A stretch of DNA of 64,000 bases from Octopus sinensis (Eukaryota), in contig NC_043022.1 of the NCBI RefSeq assembly GCF_006345805.1, positions 12,152,001 through 12,216,000 on the forward strand, given 5' to 3'. Shown in pieces: positions 37,319 through 51,700 of this stretch. Each line of letters begins with the position of its first letter. Position 1 is the first letter of the stretch. The position numbers were made by a program, and so were the translations under genes. The notes beneath the pieces were generated by a model. That model did no database searches, had not been told where the DNA came from, and was given only the letters and a program-made list of their open reading frames with translations.

Positions 37319-40300
37319 CGTGACCGACCAGGCTATCAGATGTTGCTACACATCGCTGGTCACAATGCGCTTCGCATTGTTTTAGCCTTCAAATTACGCC
37401 ACCCCGCTGGCTAAGTAAGCAGGCCAATATATATATGCCTGGCCCCCGTGCCGGTGGCATGTAAAAAGCACCCACTACACTCACAGAGTGGTTGGCGTTA
37501 GGAAGGGCATCCAGCCATAGAAACGCTGCCAGATCAGACTGGGCCTGGTGCAGCCTTCTGGCTTCCCAGACCCCAGTTGAACCATCCAACCCATGCCAGC
37601 ATGGAAAGTAGATGCTAAACGATGATGATGATGATATATACACTCATGCACACACACATTTCATCATTGTCAGCATTTAACATCCTCTTTTTCATGTTTG
37701 CATGGATCAGAGAAAATTTGTTGTAGGTTTTTTTTCCCCTATTTTCAGATGCCCTTGAAAACATGTCAAGCCATGGAGAGAATATGGTCTTGCTTGGAAG
37801 CAAATGAGAGTTGGCAACAGGAGGGACATCTTGCCTCAGAGAATCTGCCTCAACGAATTCCATCTTAACTCATGCAAGAATGGAAAAGTGGACATTAATA
37901 CGATGATGATAGCTTGCTTCCCAGCCATGCAGTCATGGGTTCAGTCCCACTGCTTGGCATTCTCAGCAGGTGTCTTTTATTATAGCCAGAGGGTGACATT
38001 GTGCTCCAATGTCAGCTTTGGTTTGGATTCTATGGTCTGATGCCCTTCCTAACACCAACTACTTTACACTGTGAACAGGGTGCTCTTCTTCATAGCATCA
38101 GCATGAGATGTCACCAAGTACACATAGAAAAAGACCCCCATCACCACCACCACCACCACCAACTGAATGACATAAAATATTGGAAGATGTGAAAATATGA
38201 TAAAGAGAAGAACAAGTACCTTGCTTAACCCTTTTGTTACTGTATTTCTGTTGAGATACTCTGTGTTTCTTTCAATGAATTTTAAATATAACAAAGAATT
38301 TAGTAAAATAACTTAGTATCATTAAGCTAGTTTTTGGGACATAAATTATGACTAAGGTTTAGTGGAAGATTTTAATTCAAAACTTATGAAAACAAAACAT
38401 TGGTACTATAGAGCCAGAGGCGGTTTCAGCCTGGTTGGTATCAAAATGGTTAAGAGGTGAATACATGGTTTCCCTAGCTGGAAAGAGAGAGAGAGAGAGA
38501 TGTGGTGGTGAGCCTTCAAGACACATGGTAAATATGAGAGAGAGAATCGGGGTAGATAAATATGTTAGAGTGTGACAAAAGAGTGTGGATGCAGTGAATA
38601 TTAATTTGGGTGAAGGAAATAGGTGTGGGTTGTGGAGGGAGGAGATGACGAAGAACAGTTGTGAGGATATAAATGTATTTTTTGATATATTTCTTGCAGC
38701 TATACACATGATATTGAAGCGATCAGCTGTGACGAAATGTTTGTTGACTGTCGTGGAATTCTACAGGAAACTGGTGTGGCTCTGAAGGACTTCATTTCTG
38801 TTCTCAGACAAGAAATCTTTGATAAAACTGGATGTACAGCATCGGCTGGCCTTGGTAAGTCCTTGTTGTTGCACTAATTAACCCTTTCGTTACCAACTTG
38901 GCTGAAACCGGCTCTGGTTCTGAGTACAAATGTCTTGTTTTCATAAGTTTTGAATTAAAATCTTCCACCAAACCTTAGCCACAATTAATGTTCCTAACAC
39001 TAGCTTCATGATAACTAAGTTATTTTACTAAATTCTTTTGTTATATTTAAAGTAATTGAAAGAAACACAGAGCATCTCAAAATAAATACAGTAACGAAAG
39101 GGTTAATGTTGCTTTGGTTGGAAGTAATTAATGTTGTTGATTATTAGAATAAAAATATATTCAGTATGCTCTGTAAAGTGGTTATTGACAGGAAGAGCAT
39201 CCAGTTGTGGAAGCCAAGCTGAAGGTAGAAAGTATGAGGAAGGTTTAGCCTCCTGACCCATCTGGGTGGGTTGTAGCAATGAGTAAGAACTTGCTTAGCG
39301 CTGCTAGGATTAGCTCAACCCATGCCAGCATGGAAAAGCGGATGCATGATATGATGATTATAATAGTGGGCATGGTGGTGGTAGTAGTGGTGATGGTGAT
39401 GGTTCATGATGACCATTAGTGGTGTTGGTGGTGGTGGTGATAGTGGTCGTGAAGACAATGACTATGGTGGTGTGGTAGTGGTGGTGGCAGTGGTGGAATT
39501 AACAATGGTGATGGTAGTGATGGCAATGGTATCTGTGGTAGTGTTTGAAGTGCTGCTACTGCTGCTGCCGCTGCTGTTGTTAAGCAACAAGACGGGTAAG
39601 GGTGATTAGGTGATGGTTTAGGGCTTAGGGGTGGGAGACCCCAGGCCTTGGAAAAAAAAAAAACTTTGGTCGTCTTGTTGTTGTCGAGGGGCTCTTCGTT
39701 GACACCCGACACCACTGGGAGGTGGCCCTCAAAGTCACTGGAAATGGAGACTGCTGCTGCTATTGTTGTAATTGATGTTGTTATTGCTACTGTTATCAGT
39801 ATTGGAATTGTTGTTTAACCCTAGGTCAGCCTGGGTCCAGCAGATCTATGATCTCAACGATCTTCTAGCTGTGACCAGTGGTGACATATTTGACACATTT
39901 TTGGGGAAGTTAGAATATTGACAGGGATTAAAATTGTAGACATTTCTATTCGATGCTTTCACCTTGATTAACCTTTTGCTTCTTGTTTCAGGTCCTAATA
40001 TTTTGGTAGCAAGATTGGCGACAATCCGTGCCAAGCCAAACGGGCAGTTTCTTGTGGAAAAACGTGAAGTGGAGGCTTTCATGCAGAAGCAACTTGTTAA
40101 AAGTCTGCCAGGTAAACATTGACAGCGGTGTATCTATCTTTGTTGTGGTTGTATGATTATTAAGAAGCTTGCTTTGCAACTGTGTGTTTTCAGGTTCAAT
40201 CCTACTGCATGTTGACTTAATCCTTCCCCTAAATTTCAGGCCTTGTGCCTATAATAGAAATTGGGCAAAGACCCTGAAGCATGCGTGTCTCTAGATGCAG

Positions 40301-43300
40301 GCCTAGCTGTTGGGGGTACTTGCCTCCCCTTCGTAAATATATAAGGACACAGGAAATGTGTCGAAGCTGACAGGAAGCGTCGATGCTTCCTAGGGCTAAA
40401 CAGCAGTGGTGTAATTCCCTACTGTCACGTTAAGTTGACAGTATACAACCACTCCATTATTATTATTATTATTATTTAAATTTTGTAATCTCCAGGTGTT
40501 GGTAGGTCTATGATGTACAAATTACAGCACCTGAGTGTGGAGACATGCGAGGACTTGCAGAAGATTCCATTGGTTAAGCTCCAGCAGAGTTTTGGTCAAA
40601 AAACAGGTCAGATGTTATATAACAGCTGTCGAGGAATCGATAACCGCAGGCTGGAGTTGGAACATAACAGGAAGTCAGTGTCAGCAGAGATAAATTATGG
40701 CATACGCTTCACTAAGGTGAGTGTGTGTGGGTCTGTGTGTGTTCTCATTTGTTCTGTGTCCATTTTTTTTAATGCTAGAATGGGTTAGATGGATATAACG
40801 TACCTTACGCAGAGTAAGTCCACATCTTTCTCCCTCCCTCTCTCTCCCTCTCTCTCTTTCTCTGGGTCTATGACTCTTTCTCTCACTCTTTCCCCCCCTC
40901 TCTTTCAAAACTCATTTCTTTTACAGCTGGATGCTCTTCCTGTCACCAACCCTCACTCGTTTCCAAGCAAAGTACTATTTCCCCATGGCCAGACTTCTTG
41001 TCACGGAAGACTGGAAATGGTGCAAAGCACATTGTGACTAGTGATGTGTAACATCTGAGAGTCTGGCTGTTCACATTATCACGTGATGTGTGTATATATA
41101 TACATATAGTTAATCCAAACAAGAAAACATAAAAAAAACACAACAACGCGATGACGTGGAACAAATAAAGTATTATTGGACACTCAGGAAAGAAGGGAAG
41201 AAGGAGGGTTTAACGTTTCGAGCGGAGCTCTTCGTCGGAAATATAGGAGAAGGAAAGATCCAGAGAAGGGAAGACAGAGGAAAAAAATCTCCAGCAGTAC
41301 TCACGAGGTCATATATATATATATATCACAAGAAGAAAATGGAGGGGATCTGAGAATCCATCTACATGTGTAAAGATAGTGTTTTACCTATAAAGTACCA
41401 GTAATTTCTAGAATAGAAAAAGCAAAACAGTGTCTTACAGCTGTTTCTGCCGTGAGGTCACGGTACCCCACATGTTGTTCGCATCTTTTCAGTGTACTGT
41501 AGTGATCAGTCGATAAAATTAGGGTACTTGGATGTGCCTCTAGGGTTCGTCAGAGAGTTTAGAAGAGGGTCTAAGAAGTTCAGAGGGCTAATTTATGTGT
41601 GTGTGTATATATATATCTATATATATACATACATGTGGAGGCGCAATGGCCCAGTGGTCAGGGCAGCGGACTCGCGGTCTTAGGATCGCGGTTTCGATTC
41701 CCAGACTGGGCGTTGTGAGTGTTTATTGAGCGAAAACACCTAAAAAGCTCCACAAGGCTCCGGTAGTGGGTGCTGGCGATCCCTGCTGTACTCTTTCTCC
41801 ACAACTTTCTCTCACTCTTTTGTCTGTTGGCCTGCTCGCTTACCCAGCAGGGTGGCGACATTCGAAAGCTAAAACAATGCGAACGCATTGTGACCAGCGA
41901 TGTGTAGCAACATCTGATGGTCTGGTCGGTCACATGATATACATACATCACATATACATATACACATGTACACACATGCAACAGAATCAGTTATTAGTAG
42001 GTGTAGTACAGTATTCTTATGTATAAGAATGTATAAGAAGAGAAATAAGAGTAGAATTGAAGTAAGCCACAGAGTTTGAGAGGAATAAAGTTTCGTAGAA
42101 ATGCAAAAGTATAAAGAAAGGAGGAATATATATGTTTACATGGACATTTCTTTTTGGACAAAACCCTTTGTACTTTTCGTCCTGTGTTTTTTCCTTACAT
42201 GTTTTTTGATTTATGTTAGCCCTTGTGGCCAATAAAACCAGAATTTATTATTGTTGTTGTTGTTAGTATTATTATTATTATCATTATCATCATCATCATC
42301 ATTATCATTTTATTGTTGTTGTTATTATTATTATTATATCATCATCATCATCATCATTATCATTTTATTGTTGTTATTATTATTATTGTTGTTGTTATTA
42401 TTATTATTATATCATCATCATCATCACCATCATCATCATTATCATTTTATTATTGTTATTATTATTATTATTATTATTTTATCATCATCACCATCATCAT
42501 CATTATCATTTTATTGTTGTTATTATTATTATTGTTGTTGTTGTTGTTGTTATCATCATCATCATCATCATCATTATCATTTTGTTGTTGTTGTTGTTGT
42601 TATTAGGAAAGTGATATGGAGGATTTCCTGTTAAATCTGTCTGGAGAAGTGGAGAGAAGATTGAAGAATGTGAACAAACGGGGTAAATCTATAACCTTGA
42701 AGTTGATGGTACGACGGGAAGATGCACCCCTGGAGACGGCCAAGTATATGGGTGAGTAGACGGTCATCATTGATTTGTATTGAGAATAATGGGGGTGGGG
42801 GTGGTCAGCAGTATCAGTATCCTCATCATTGTTGTTGTTGTTACCACCACCACCATCATCAACACCACTGCCACCATCATTGTCATCATCATCATCACCA
42901 TCATCTCCATCATCATCACTGTCACCATCATCATCATCTACACCACCACCACCACTGTCACCACTATCATCATCATCATCACTATCATCACCACCATCAC
43001 CATCATTGTCATCATCATCTACACCACCACCACCACCACCACTGTCACCACCATCATCATCATCATCATCATCACTATCATCATCATCATCATCATCACC
43101 ACCATCTCCATCATTGTCATCATCACCGTCATCATCATCATCATCATCATCATTTCCTTCATTATCATCACCATCATCACTGCCATTACCACCACCACCA
43201 TCACCACCACCACCACTATCATCACCACAATCATCGCAACCATCAGTCATCAATCTTGTCCTTATAATGATTAATTACCAGTTATTAATTACCAGTTATT

Positions 43301-45736
43301 AATTACCAGTACCTTGTCATCATTGTTCGCAAAATAAGAAAAATCAGTTTTCCTTATCAAACATTGCCGGCATCATCATAATCATATTATTATAATTAAT
43401 AATAATAATAATAATGCTGAGATAAACTTCTTCTTTTGTATCAGGGGTTCCCAACCAGTGGTTTCTGACCCCCTTGGGGGATCACGAAGCCTTAGCAGAT
43501 GGGTTGCATATCCTTGCTAGGAATGACTTGGGATAATATTAATTTCAACTCATCAATTACATTTTTTATGCTCTGCTGATAGTAGGGGTCATGTGGGTTT
43601 CAAGCTTTTGGGTAAGGGGCCGCGAGTGCAAAAACGTTGGGAACCACTGTTTTATACTTTCTGGGTTGATAAAATACATACCAGTTTAATTTGGTGTAGT
43701 TTCTCTTCTCTCCATTTTCCAACCTTGCTGCTGACACCACAATAAAGGCACCCACCCTACACTCTGTAAAGTGGTTGGCATTAGGAAGGGTACCAAGCCA
43801 TGGAAACCATGTGAAAGCTGAGACACTGGGGCAGATGTGGTCCTCTGATCCATTGGATCCTGTTGACCTCCCCAACCCATGCCAGCATAGGTTGGAATAT
43901 AAGGGCTTCCCAGATCCCCGGTCGAACCGTCCAACCCATGCTAGCATGGAGAACGGACGTTAAACGATGATGATGATTCTCTTTCTCTCTTCCTATATTT
44001 CAGGCCATGGTTTATGTAACAATATCAGTAGGGCTATGAGTGTTGCCATAGCTACAGACAATGCTGCCAGAATAGCCAGGGAGTGTATGACGTTGTTTAA
44101 AGCCCTTCATCTACCTGTGAACTCCCTACGAGGGGTAAGTCCACATCTCTCTCCTTCTCTCTCTTTCTCTGTATCTGTAACTCTTTCTCTCTCTCCATCT
44201 GTCCATGATGCTTTCTCTCTCTCTCTCTATGACTCTCTCTCTCTCTCCCTCCTATCCTTGAATCTTTCTCTCCCCTTCTCTCTCTTTCTCAAAATACATT
44301 TCTTTTCTATTGCCCGTATTATCTTTGATAATCTGTCATTAAGTATTCAGGGTTGTTTGGATATTTCAAAGCATATATAATACTGTATTGGTACACACAA
44401 CCATGACCAAGCCAAGGATTATCATCATCACCATCACCATCATCATCATTTTCACATCCACTTATCCATGCTTGCATGGGTTGGACAGAGTCTTTTGAGG
44501 CAGATTATCTGTGGCTGAAATGCACTTCTTGTCAACACCTGTTACCAAGCAAAGTAACTTTTCCCTTGGCCAAACATTTTCGTAGAACACTCGAAATGAA
44601 TGACACTGTTTGTATGAGAGTAATGCTGGTTCACAACTTTCACAGTGTCAAGACAAGGTGACACAAACATACACTCACACGCATGCATGCATACTTACAT
44701 GCATCCATCCATACATACACACATACACACTCACACACACATACACGCGCACATACACACATGCATACACACTCACATACACACACATGCATACACATGC
44801 ACATATACATACACATATACACACATGTGCACACATACACTCACACACACACACATACACTTGGATGATGATATATTTGTTCTGTTCTATATTTAAGAGA
44901 TGAGGAATTATTTACATTATTTACATTTTGATGGATATTTGTCCTCATCTTATTTGTTGTTAACACAACATTTCAGCTGATATACCCTCCAGCCTTCATC
45001 AGGTGTCTTGGGGAAATTTCGAACCTGGGTTCTCATTCCTAAGGTATATGGCGTATTGGTTAAGAGCGCGGGCTACTAACCCCAAGATTCTGAGTTTGAT
45101 TCCAGGCAGTGACCTGAATAATAATAATAATAATGATAATAATAACATTGAAAAATACCTTAGGAATGAGAACCCAGGTTTGAAATTTCCCCAATTTCAG
45201 CAGTGGTGCCCCAGCATGGCCACGGCCTTCACACTAAAACATTTTTAAGGATTTTTTAAGGAAGACACCTGAAGAAGGCTGGAGGGTATATCAGCCGAAA
45301 TGTTGTGTTAGCAACAAACAAGATGAGGGCAAATATCCATTAAATGTAAATAATGGATATATTTGTTATTTCTAAGTTGTGAAATAATTTTTTTGCTTTG
45401 TTTTGTTGTTGGTTTTTGTTTTCAACCTCCGATGTATTTGTCACCTAGGTTGGCATTACCATCCAACGTCTTGAAGACACGGCACCAGCCAGACACCACA
45501 CTGGCGACTCTACAAAGACCTCAAGCATTCTCCAGTTCACCAAAGCGATGCCAACCCCAAATCAGAAGGAGGAGGAGGAACAGCAGCAGCAGCAAACGCA
45601 GAACGGAAATGAGACACAATCCGAAGTTGATGACAGTGACTTTGCAGTCATGAGACCAGTTCCTGTCAAACAGTTTGGAACTCTTAATTTCAAAGAAGAA
45701 TTGCTAAGGTCAGTAGTAGTAGTAGTAGCAGTAGTT

Positions 45737-45779
<43 letters not shown>

Positions 45780-48700
45780 CAGTAGCAGTGGTGTTGTTTT
45801 TGTTGTTGTTGCTGTTGAGCGAATGGTCTTCGTCCCAAGCACGCATGATGGGAGAAGTCCGAAATGTGGTCCTTTGCTATTCATAAGACCCGCAGAAGAG
45901 AAAGCAGGTCAACCCCCAACACTGAGAGCATCGACGGATGGATGAATGTGCACCCAGGCTCAGCAGTTGCGTAGGAAGTCGGGGACAAGAAACAGGAAGT
46001 ATGAATGAGAGAAAGTTGGAGTAAAAGAGTGCAACAGGGGTCGCTACCACCCCCTGCCGGAGCCTCGTGGTTCTTTAGGTGTTTTCGCTCAATAAACACA
46101 CACAGCGCCCGGTCTGGGAATCGAAACCGCGATCCTCCGACCACGAGTTCGCTGCCCTAATCATTGGGCCATTGTGCCTCCACACCTGTTGCTATTGTTG
46201 TTGTTGGTAGTGACACACACACACACACACATCTGATATTTTCTATTTTCCTTTTAGGCAATATCACAGCAGCCAGTTACCTCCCTTGCCCAGGTTGCCC
46301 AGCCAGTTGAGTCCCACCAGAACGAACCAGATGAAACCGGCTGTGACAGGTGAACCAGAAGATTTCCTTCCATCACCTTCCCAGGTATCTACCAACAACT
46401 TAACTCTTTGGTTAAATGTCTCAGTATCTGAGATAACGACCTGCTAATAAACTGTATTTTCTTTCCTTTAACAGTATCATATAATAATAATAATAATAAT
46501 AATGAAATTATTGTATACAATAATGAATTATTGTATATAAATTATTGTATAGGCGCAGGAGTGGCTGTGTGGTAAGTAGCTTGCTTACCAACCACATGGT
46601 TCCGGGTTCAGTCCCACTGCGTGGCATCTTGGGCAAGTGTCTTCTGCTATAGCCCCGGGCCGACCAATGCCTTGTGAGTGGATTTGGTAGACGGAAACTG
46701 AAAGAAGCCTGTCGTATATATGTATATACATGTATATATGTGTATGTGTATGTGTTTGTCCCCTTCGCATTGCTTGACAACCGATGCTGGTGTGTTTACG
46801 TCCCCGTCACTTAGCGGTTCGGTAAAAGAGACCGATAGAATAAGTACTGGGCTTACAAAGAATAAGTCCCAGGGTTGATTTGCTCGACTAAAGGCGGTGC
46901 TCCAGCATGGCTGCAGTCAAATGACTGAAACAAGTAAAGGAGTAAAAGAGAGTGCTCAGGTGCACCACAACTTGTCAAAAGTGCATATAAAGTATATGCA
47001 GTAATGTACAAATGTCTGGAAAGCGAACAGTGTATGAGTCAGATACATGCTTGTGTGTGTATGGAGGAGAGAAAATCAGGTGTAGTGTTGGCGAATCTCA
47101 GAAAGCATGGAAGTTTTGAAGGATGCAGTGCTCCGACAACTAACATCTGATGCCGGCAGTTTGTTCCATGCTTCAGCAACTCTCAGCGTGAAAAAATGTT
47201 TCCTAAAGTCATGGGAGCTGTGCTGCTTTCTGACTTATAGCATACATTTGGAATATTTATATAATAATAATAATAATAATAATGAAATTATTGTATACAG
47301 TGCTCAGGTGCACCACAACTTGTCAAAAGTGCGTATAAAGCATATGCAGTGATGTAGAAATGTCTGGAAAGCGAACAGTGTATGAGTCAGATACATGCTT
47401 GTGTGTGTATGGAGGGGAGAAAATCAGGTGTAGTGTTGGCGAATCTCAGAAAGCATGGAAGTTTTGAAGGATGCAGTGCTCCGACAACTAACAACTGATG
47501 CCGGCAGTTTGTTCCATGCTTCAGCAACTCTCAGCGTGAAAAAAATGTTTCCTAAAGTCATGGGAGCTGTGCTGTTTTCTGATTTTGTAAATATGTCCAC
47601 GGGTGTTAAACGGGTGGAGTTTGAAAAGGTGCTCAGAAGTATTGTTAGTAAGATGGTTGATAATTTTATGGGTGTCTGCCAAGTCAGCTTTCAGACGTTG
47701 GAGTTTCAATGTGTCCATGCCCAGGGAAGTAAGGCGTTCAGAATATGGCAAATGCCTGATGGAGGGTATTCTTTTGGTTGCACGTTGCTGAACATATGTA
47801 GCTGTACATCATATTTACATTGTGTCGTGTACTTTTATGGACTCTCCTGTCATATACGATAGACGAGGGTTCTGCAGTGTTCTTTTCAACAATTTTCACA
47901 TGTCGTTTGTTTATAGTGATCAAATGTTTGTTCTGTACCGTAGCTCACTCGCTTCATTAAATCAGCGTTGCTTTTACAGGCTCACGCTGTGCCATGTGTC
48001 AGATGTCAGTGATCGCAGAGCAATGTGAAATGAAATTTTTCTGCTCAAGAACACAACATGTTGCCCAGTCCTGGAATTGAAACCATGATCTTGAGATTAT
48101 GATCATGACATTCTAACCTACAGGCGGCACGCTGGGCGAAATGCGTAGCCGTATTTCGTCTGCCTTTACGTTCTGAGTTTAAATTCCGCCGAGGTCGACT
48201 TTGCCGTTCATCCTTTCGGGGTCAATTAAATAAGTACCAGTTATGCACTGAGGTCGATATAATCGACTTAATCCATTTGTCTGTCCTTGTTTGTCCTCTC
48301 TGTGTTTAGCCCCTCATGGGTAGTAAAGAAATAGACATTCTAACCTCCAGGTCATGTGCACTCACTGAGTATATTTACAACACACACACATACACACACA
48401 TGCACACATACATATACATGTGTATACACACACACACACAGGTGCAGGCATGGTTGTGTGGTTAAGAATCTTGCTTTGCAACCTCATGGTTTTGGGTTCA
48501 GTCCCACTGTGTAGCACCTTGGGCAAGGCTATTCTTCTATAACCCTGGGTCAACCAATGCCTTGTGAGTGAATTTGATCAATAGAAACTGTGTGGAAGTC
48601 TGTCATATATTTATGTGTGCTTGTGTGTAAGTAACCCTCCACTGCTTCACAACTGGTGTTGGTTTGTTTATGTCCCTGTAATGTAGCAGTTTGGCAAAAG

Positions 48701-51700
48701 AGACTGATAAAATAAGTACCAAACTTAAACCCTTTAAGGCAGTGCTCCAGCATGGCTACAGTTCAATGACTACAAAAAGTAAAAGGCAAAAGTTGTATAT
48801 AGGCGCAAGAGTGGCTGTGTGGTAAGTAGCTTGCTAATCAACCACATGGTTCCAGGTTCAGTCCCACTGCGTGGCATCTTTGGCAAGTATCTTCTGCTAT
48901 AGCCCCAGCCAACCAATGCCTTGTGAGTGGATTTGGTAGACGGAAACTGAAAGAAGCCTGTCGTATATGTGTATATATATGTATGTGTGTGTTTGTGTGT
49001 CTGTGTTTGCCCCGCTAGCATTGCTTGACAAACGATGCTGGTGTGTTTACGTCCCCGTCACTTAGCGGTTCGGCAAAAGAGACTGATAGAATAAGTACTG
49101 GGCTTACAAAGAATAAGTTCCAGGGTCGATTTGCTCAACTAAAGGCGGTGCTCCAGCATGGCCGCAGTCAAATGACTGAAACGAGTAAAAGAGAGTATAT
49201 ATAATATATATATATATATATTGACGCTATTAGCCCTTTTCTTCCCATCTTTTTCCTTGCATGTAAAACGATTGTATCCAATAGATCAAAGCAAGTATAT
49301 AACTTATAAGCATTAAACTAAGATTCTACTGTTCTTTAAATCTAGGTTGACGAGAATGTTCTGAAAGAACTTCCTGATGACATCTGCAATCAAATTAAAA
49401 CTGCTCTCGAGGAAAAGAAGGCCAAAAGAAAAACATCTGCTGCTTATGGTAGTAGTAGTAGTAGTAGTGGTGGTGGTGGTGGTGCATTGGCCCATGATGA
49501 ACAACCAGGCTGTTCGTATTGGTCTGAGACCACAATTTCAGACGAGAACGGACAAGGGGCCGATAGCATGGAGGAACCAGTAAAGGAAAACCAGAATTTA
49601 TCCCAAATTGAAAGGGAATTGTTACCTAATTTATCACAGGTAAGGAAAATATGATTTGCTGCATAAGGGGTACATTTATTTGGAAGGGGATGGGTGTGGG
49701 GGTGTTGGGGAAAGGGGTTTTTTTTTGCATGTGTTTTTAATCAATATTGGTGTTGGTATGAATGGTGGATGGAGTGAGAGAGTTGGTGGGTATCTTTGCA
49801 AAAATACCTTGTGGTGGTTGGACCTTTTATAAGCTGATCTTGGTTCATATCAGGGGTTGACTTCTTTCTTAATTCATTCATTCACCTCCTTAATTCTGCC
49901 GAGGTCGACTTTGCCTTTCATCCTTTCGGAGGTCGATAAATTAAGTACCAGTTGCATACTGGGGTTTGATCTAATCGACTGGCCCCCTTCCACCCAAAAA
50001 TTTCAGGCCTTGTGCCATATAGTGGAAAATATTCATTCACCTCATTGTTGTCAGTGTCATCATCATCACCATCACTGCCACCATTCTTCTTCTTCTTTTT
50101 CTTCCTCTTCTTCACTGTTTCTTTTCCTCCTTCTCCTCCTCCTCATCATCACCATCATTGTTTAACCCCTGTTCATTTTTAATCCAGCAGAATTGTTGTT
50201 TGTTCCTTCTCGAGCCACGCTTGGCTCATAAGGGCCGGTTTCCTGGTTTCCTTAGCGTATAGGTTCCCCACCAGGATGGGACACCGGTCCGTTGCAGGTG
50301 AGCTGCAAGATGCAGGAGGAAAGAGTGAGAGGAAGTTGTGGCGAAAGAGTCAGCAGAAGTTTCACCATTACCTTCTGTCGGAGCCACGTGGAGCTTAGGT
50401 GTTTCGCTCATAAACACACACATCACCCGGTCTGAGAATTGAACCCACGATCCCTTGACCACGAGTCCGCTGCTCTAACCACTAGGCCATGTGCTTCTAC
50501 AATCCAGCAGAATTAGCATGATGCAAAAGGCATTTCAGCCACAACCATCCTGTCTTTCTCTCACCTCATTAATGCACTTCACCCAAAGACCACCCCACAT
50601 TATCTATGTCCTTCTTTTCCGCAATGTGAGAGTGTGATTTGAGTGGAGAGATCAGTTGTTGTTTCTTGGGATTCCATTGAGACTACGTTGTTAAATCGTT
50701 AACCCAACCAATTAATTCTGTGTTATCGGTTACAGCTTGATGAGAGTTGCTTTAATGCGTTGCCAGAGGATATACAAGAAGAGATGAAGATGGCCATAAC
50801 TGACCGACAGAACAGGAAAAACAACATGGAAGCTGATGACCAGCTGGAGCTACCGTTATTATTGTCACCGTCCAAAGGGGGCACCATGAAAAAATCACCC
50901 ACGAAAAAATCACCTACAAAAAAATCAACGAAACCCACCAAGAAGAGGTCCCCTTCCAAGAAGGGATCACCTTCAAAAAAGAGGTCCCCTGCCAAGAGGA
51001 GCCCTAATTTCAAAGTTCCTCAGGGACGACCTAAGAAAATTCAAAAATCTTTGAATAATTTATTGAATATCAGAAAAGTGAGTAACTTTTAGTTTTAATA
51101 ATTAATCAATCAAATTGCAATCAAATAGATTTGCTGTTTCCTCACTCTTTCCTTCTCCCCTTTATTCTCTCCCCCTGCTTATTCCCTACCCCATTCTCCC
51201 TACACTGTTCCTCCACCCTACCAATTCTGTTACTCTACTCCCTATTGTCACTCCAATCCACCACTCCATTCTTCCACTCCATTTCCTCACTCCATTCCTC
51301 CATGTCATTTTTCCATACCATCCTTCCATCAACCCTCCATTCCTCCACTGCACTCCCCCCTCGCCCCCCCATGGCATTTCCCTACTCCATTCCTCCACTA
51401 CTCCATTTCATTGCTTGGCTCCCCCATTCCATTCTCTCACTCTTCCTCCACCCCCATCCCATTCCTCCACTCCATTCCCCCCACTCCACTCAACCCCCCA
51501 CTCCACTCAACCCCCCCCCTCCACTATATAAATCCATATATCAATGCGACCAGCTGTGATTGCTTCATTGTTATACACACTGTCGTTGTTGTTATTGTTG
51601 TTGTTTATTAATTGTTGTTGTATTCCAGAACCTGTTCCTGTATGGTGACCACCTCCACCTACAGACAAAGACAGAAGTGAGGGAAGCGGAAGGGGAGAAG

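Noticed and set aside
42223-43302. Long poly-His, poly-Ser, poly-Asp ORFs
   Set aside because: Trinucleotide repeats open in several frames; intronic; the true exon is 42607-42751
45048-45115. tRNA gene candidates (also 41636-41710, 55013-55090)
   Set aside because: No complete acceptor stem; continue into SINE bodies or tails
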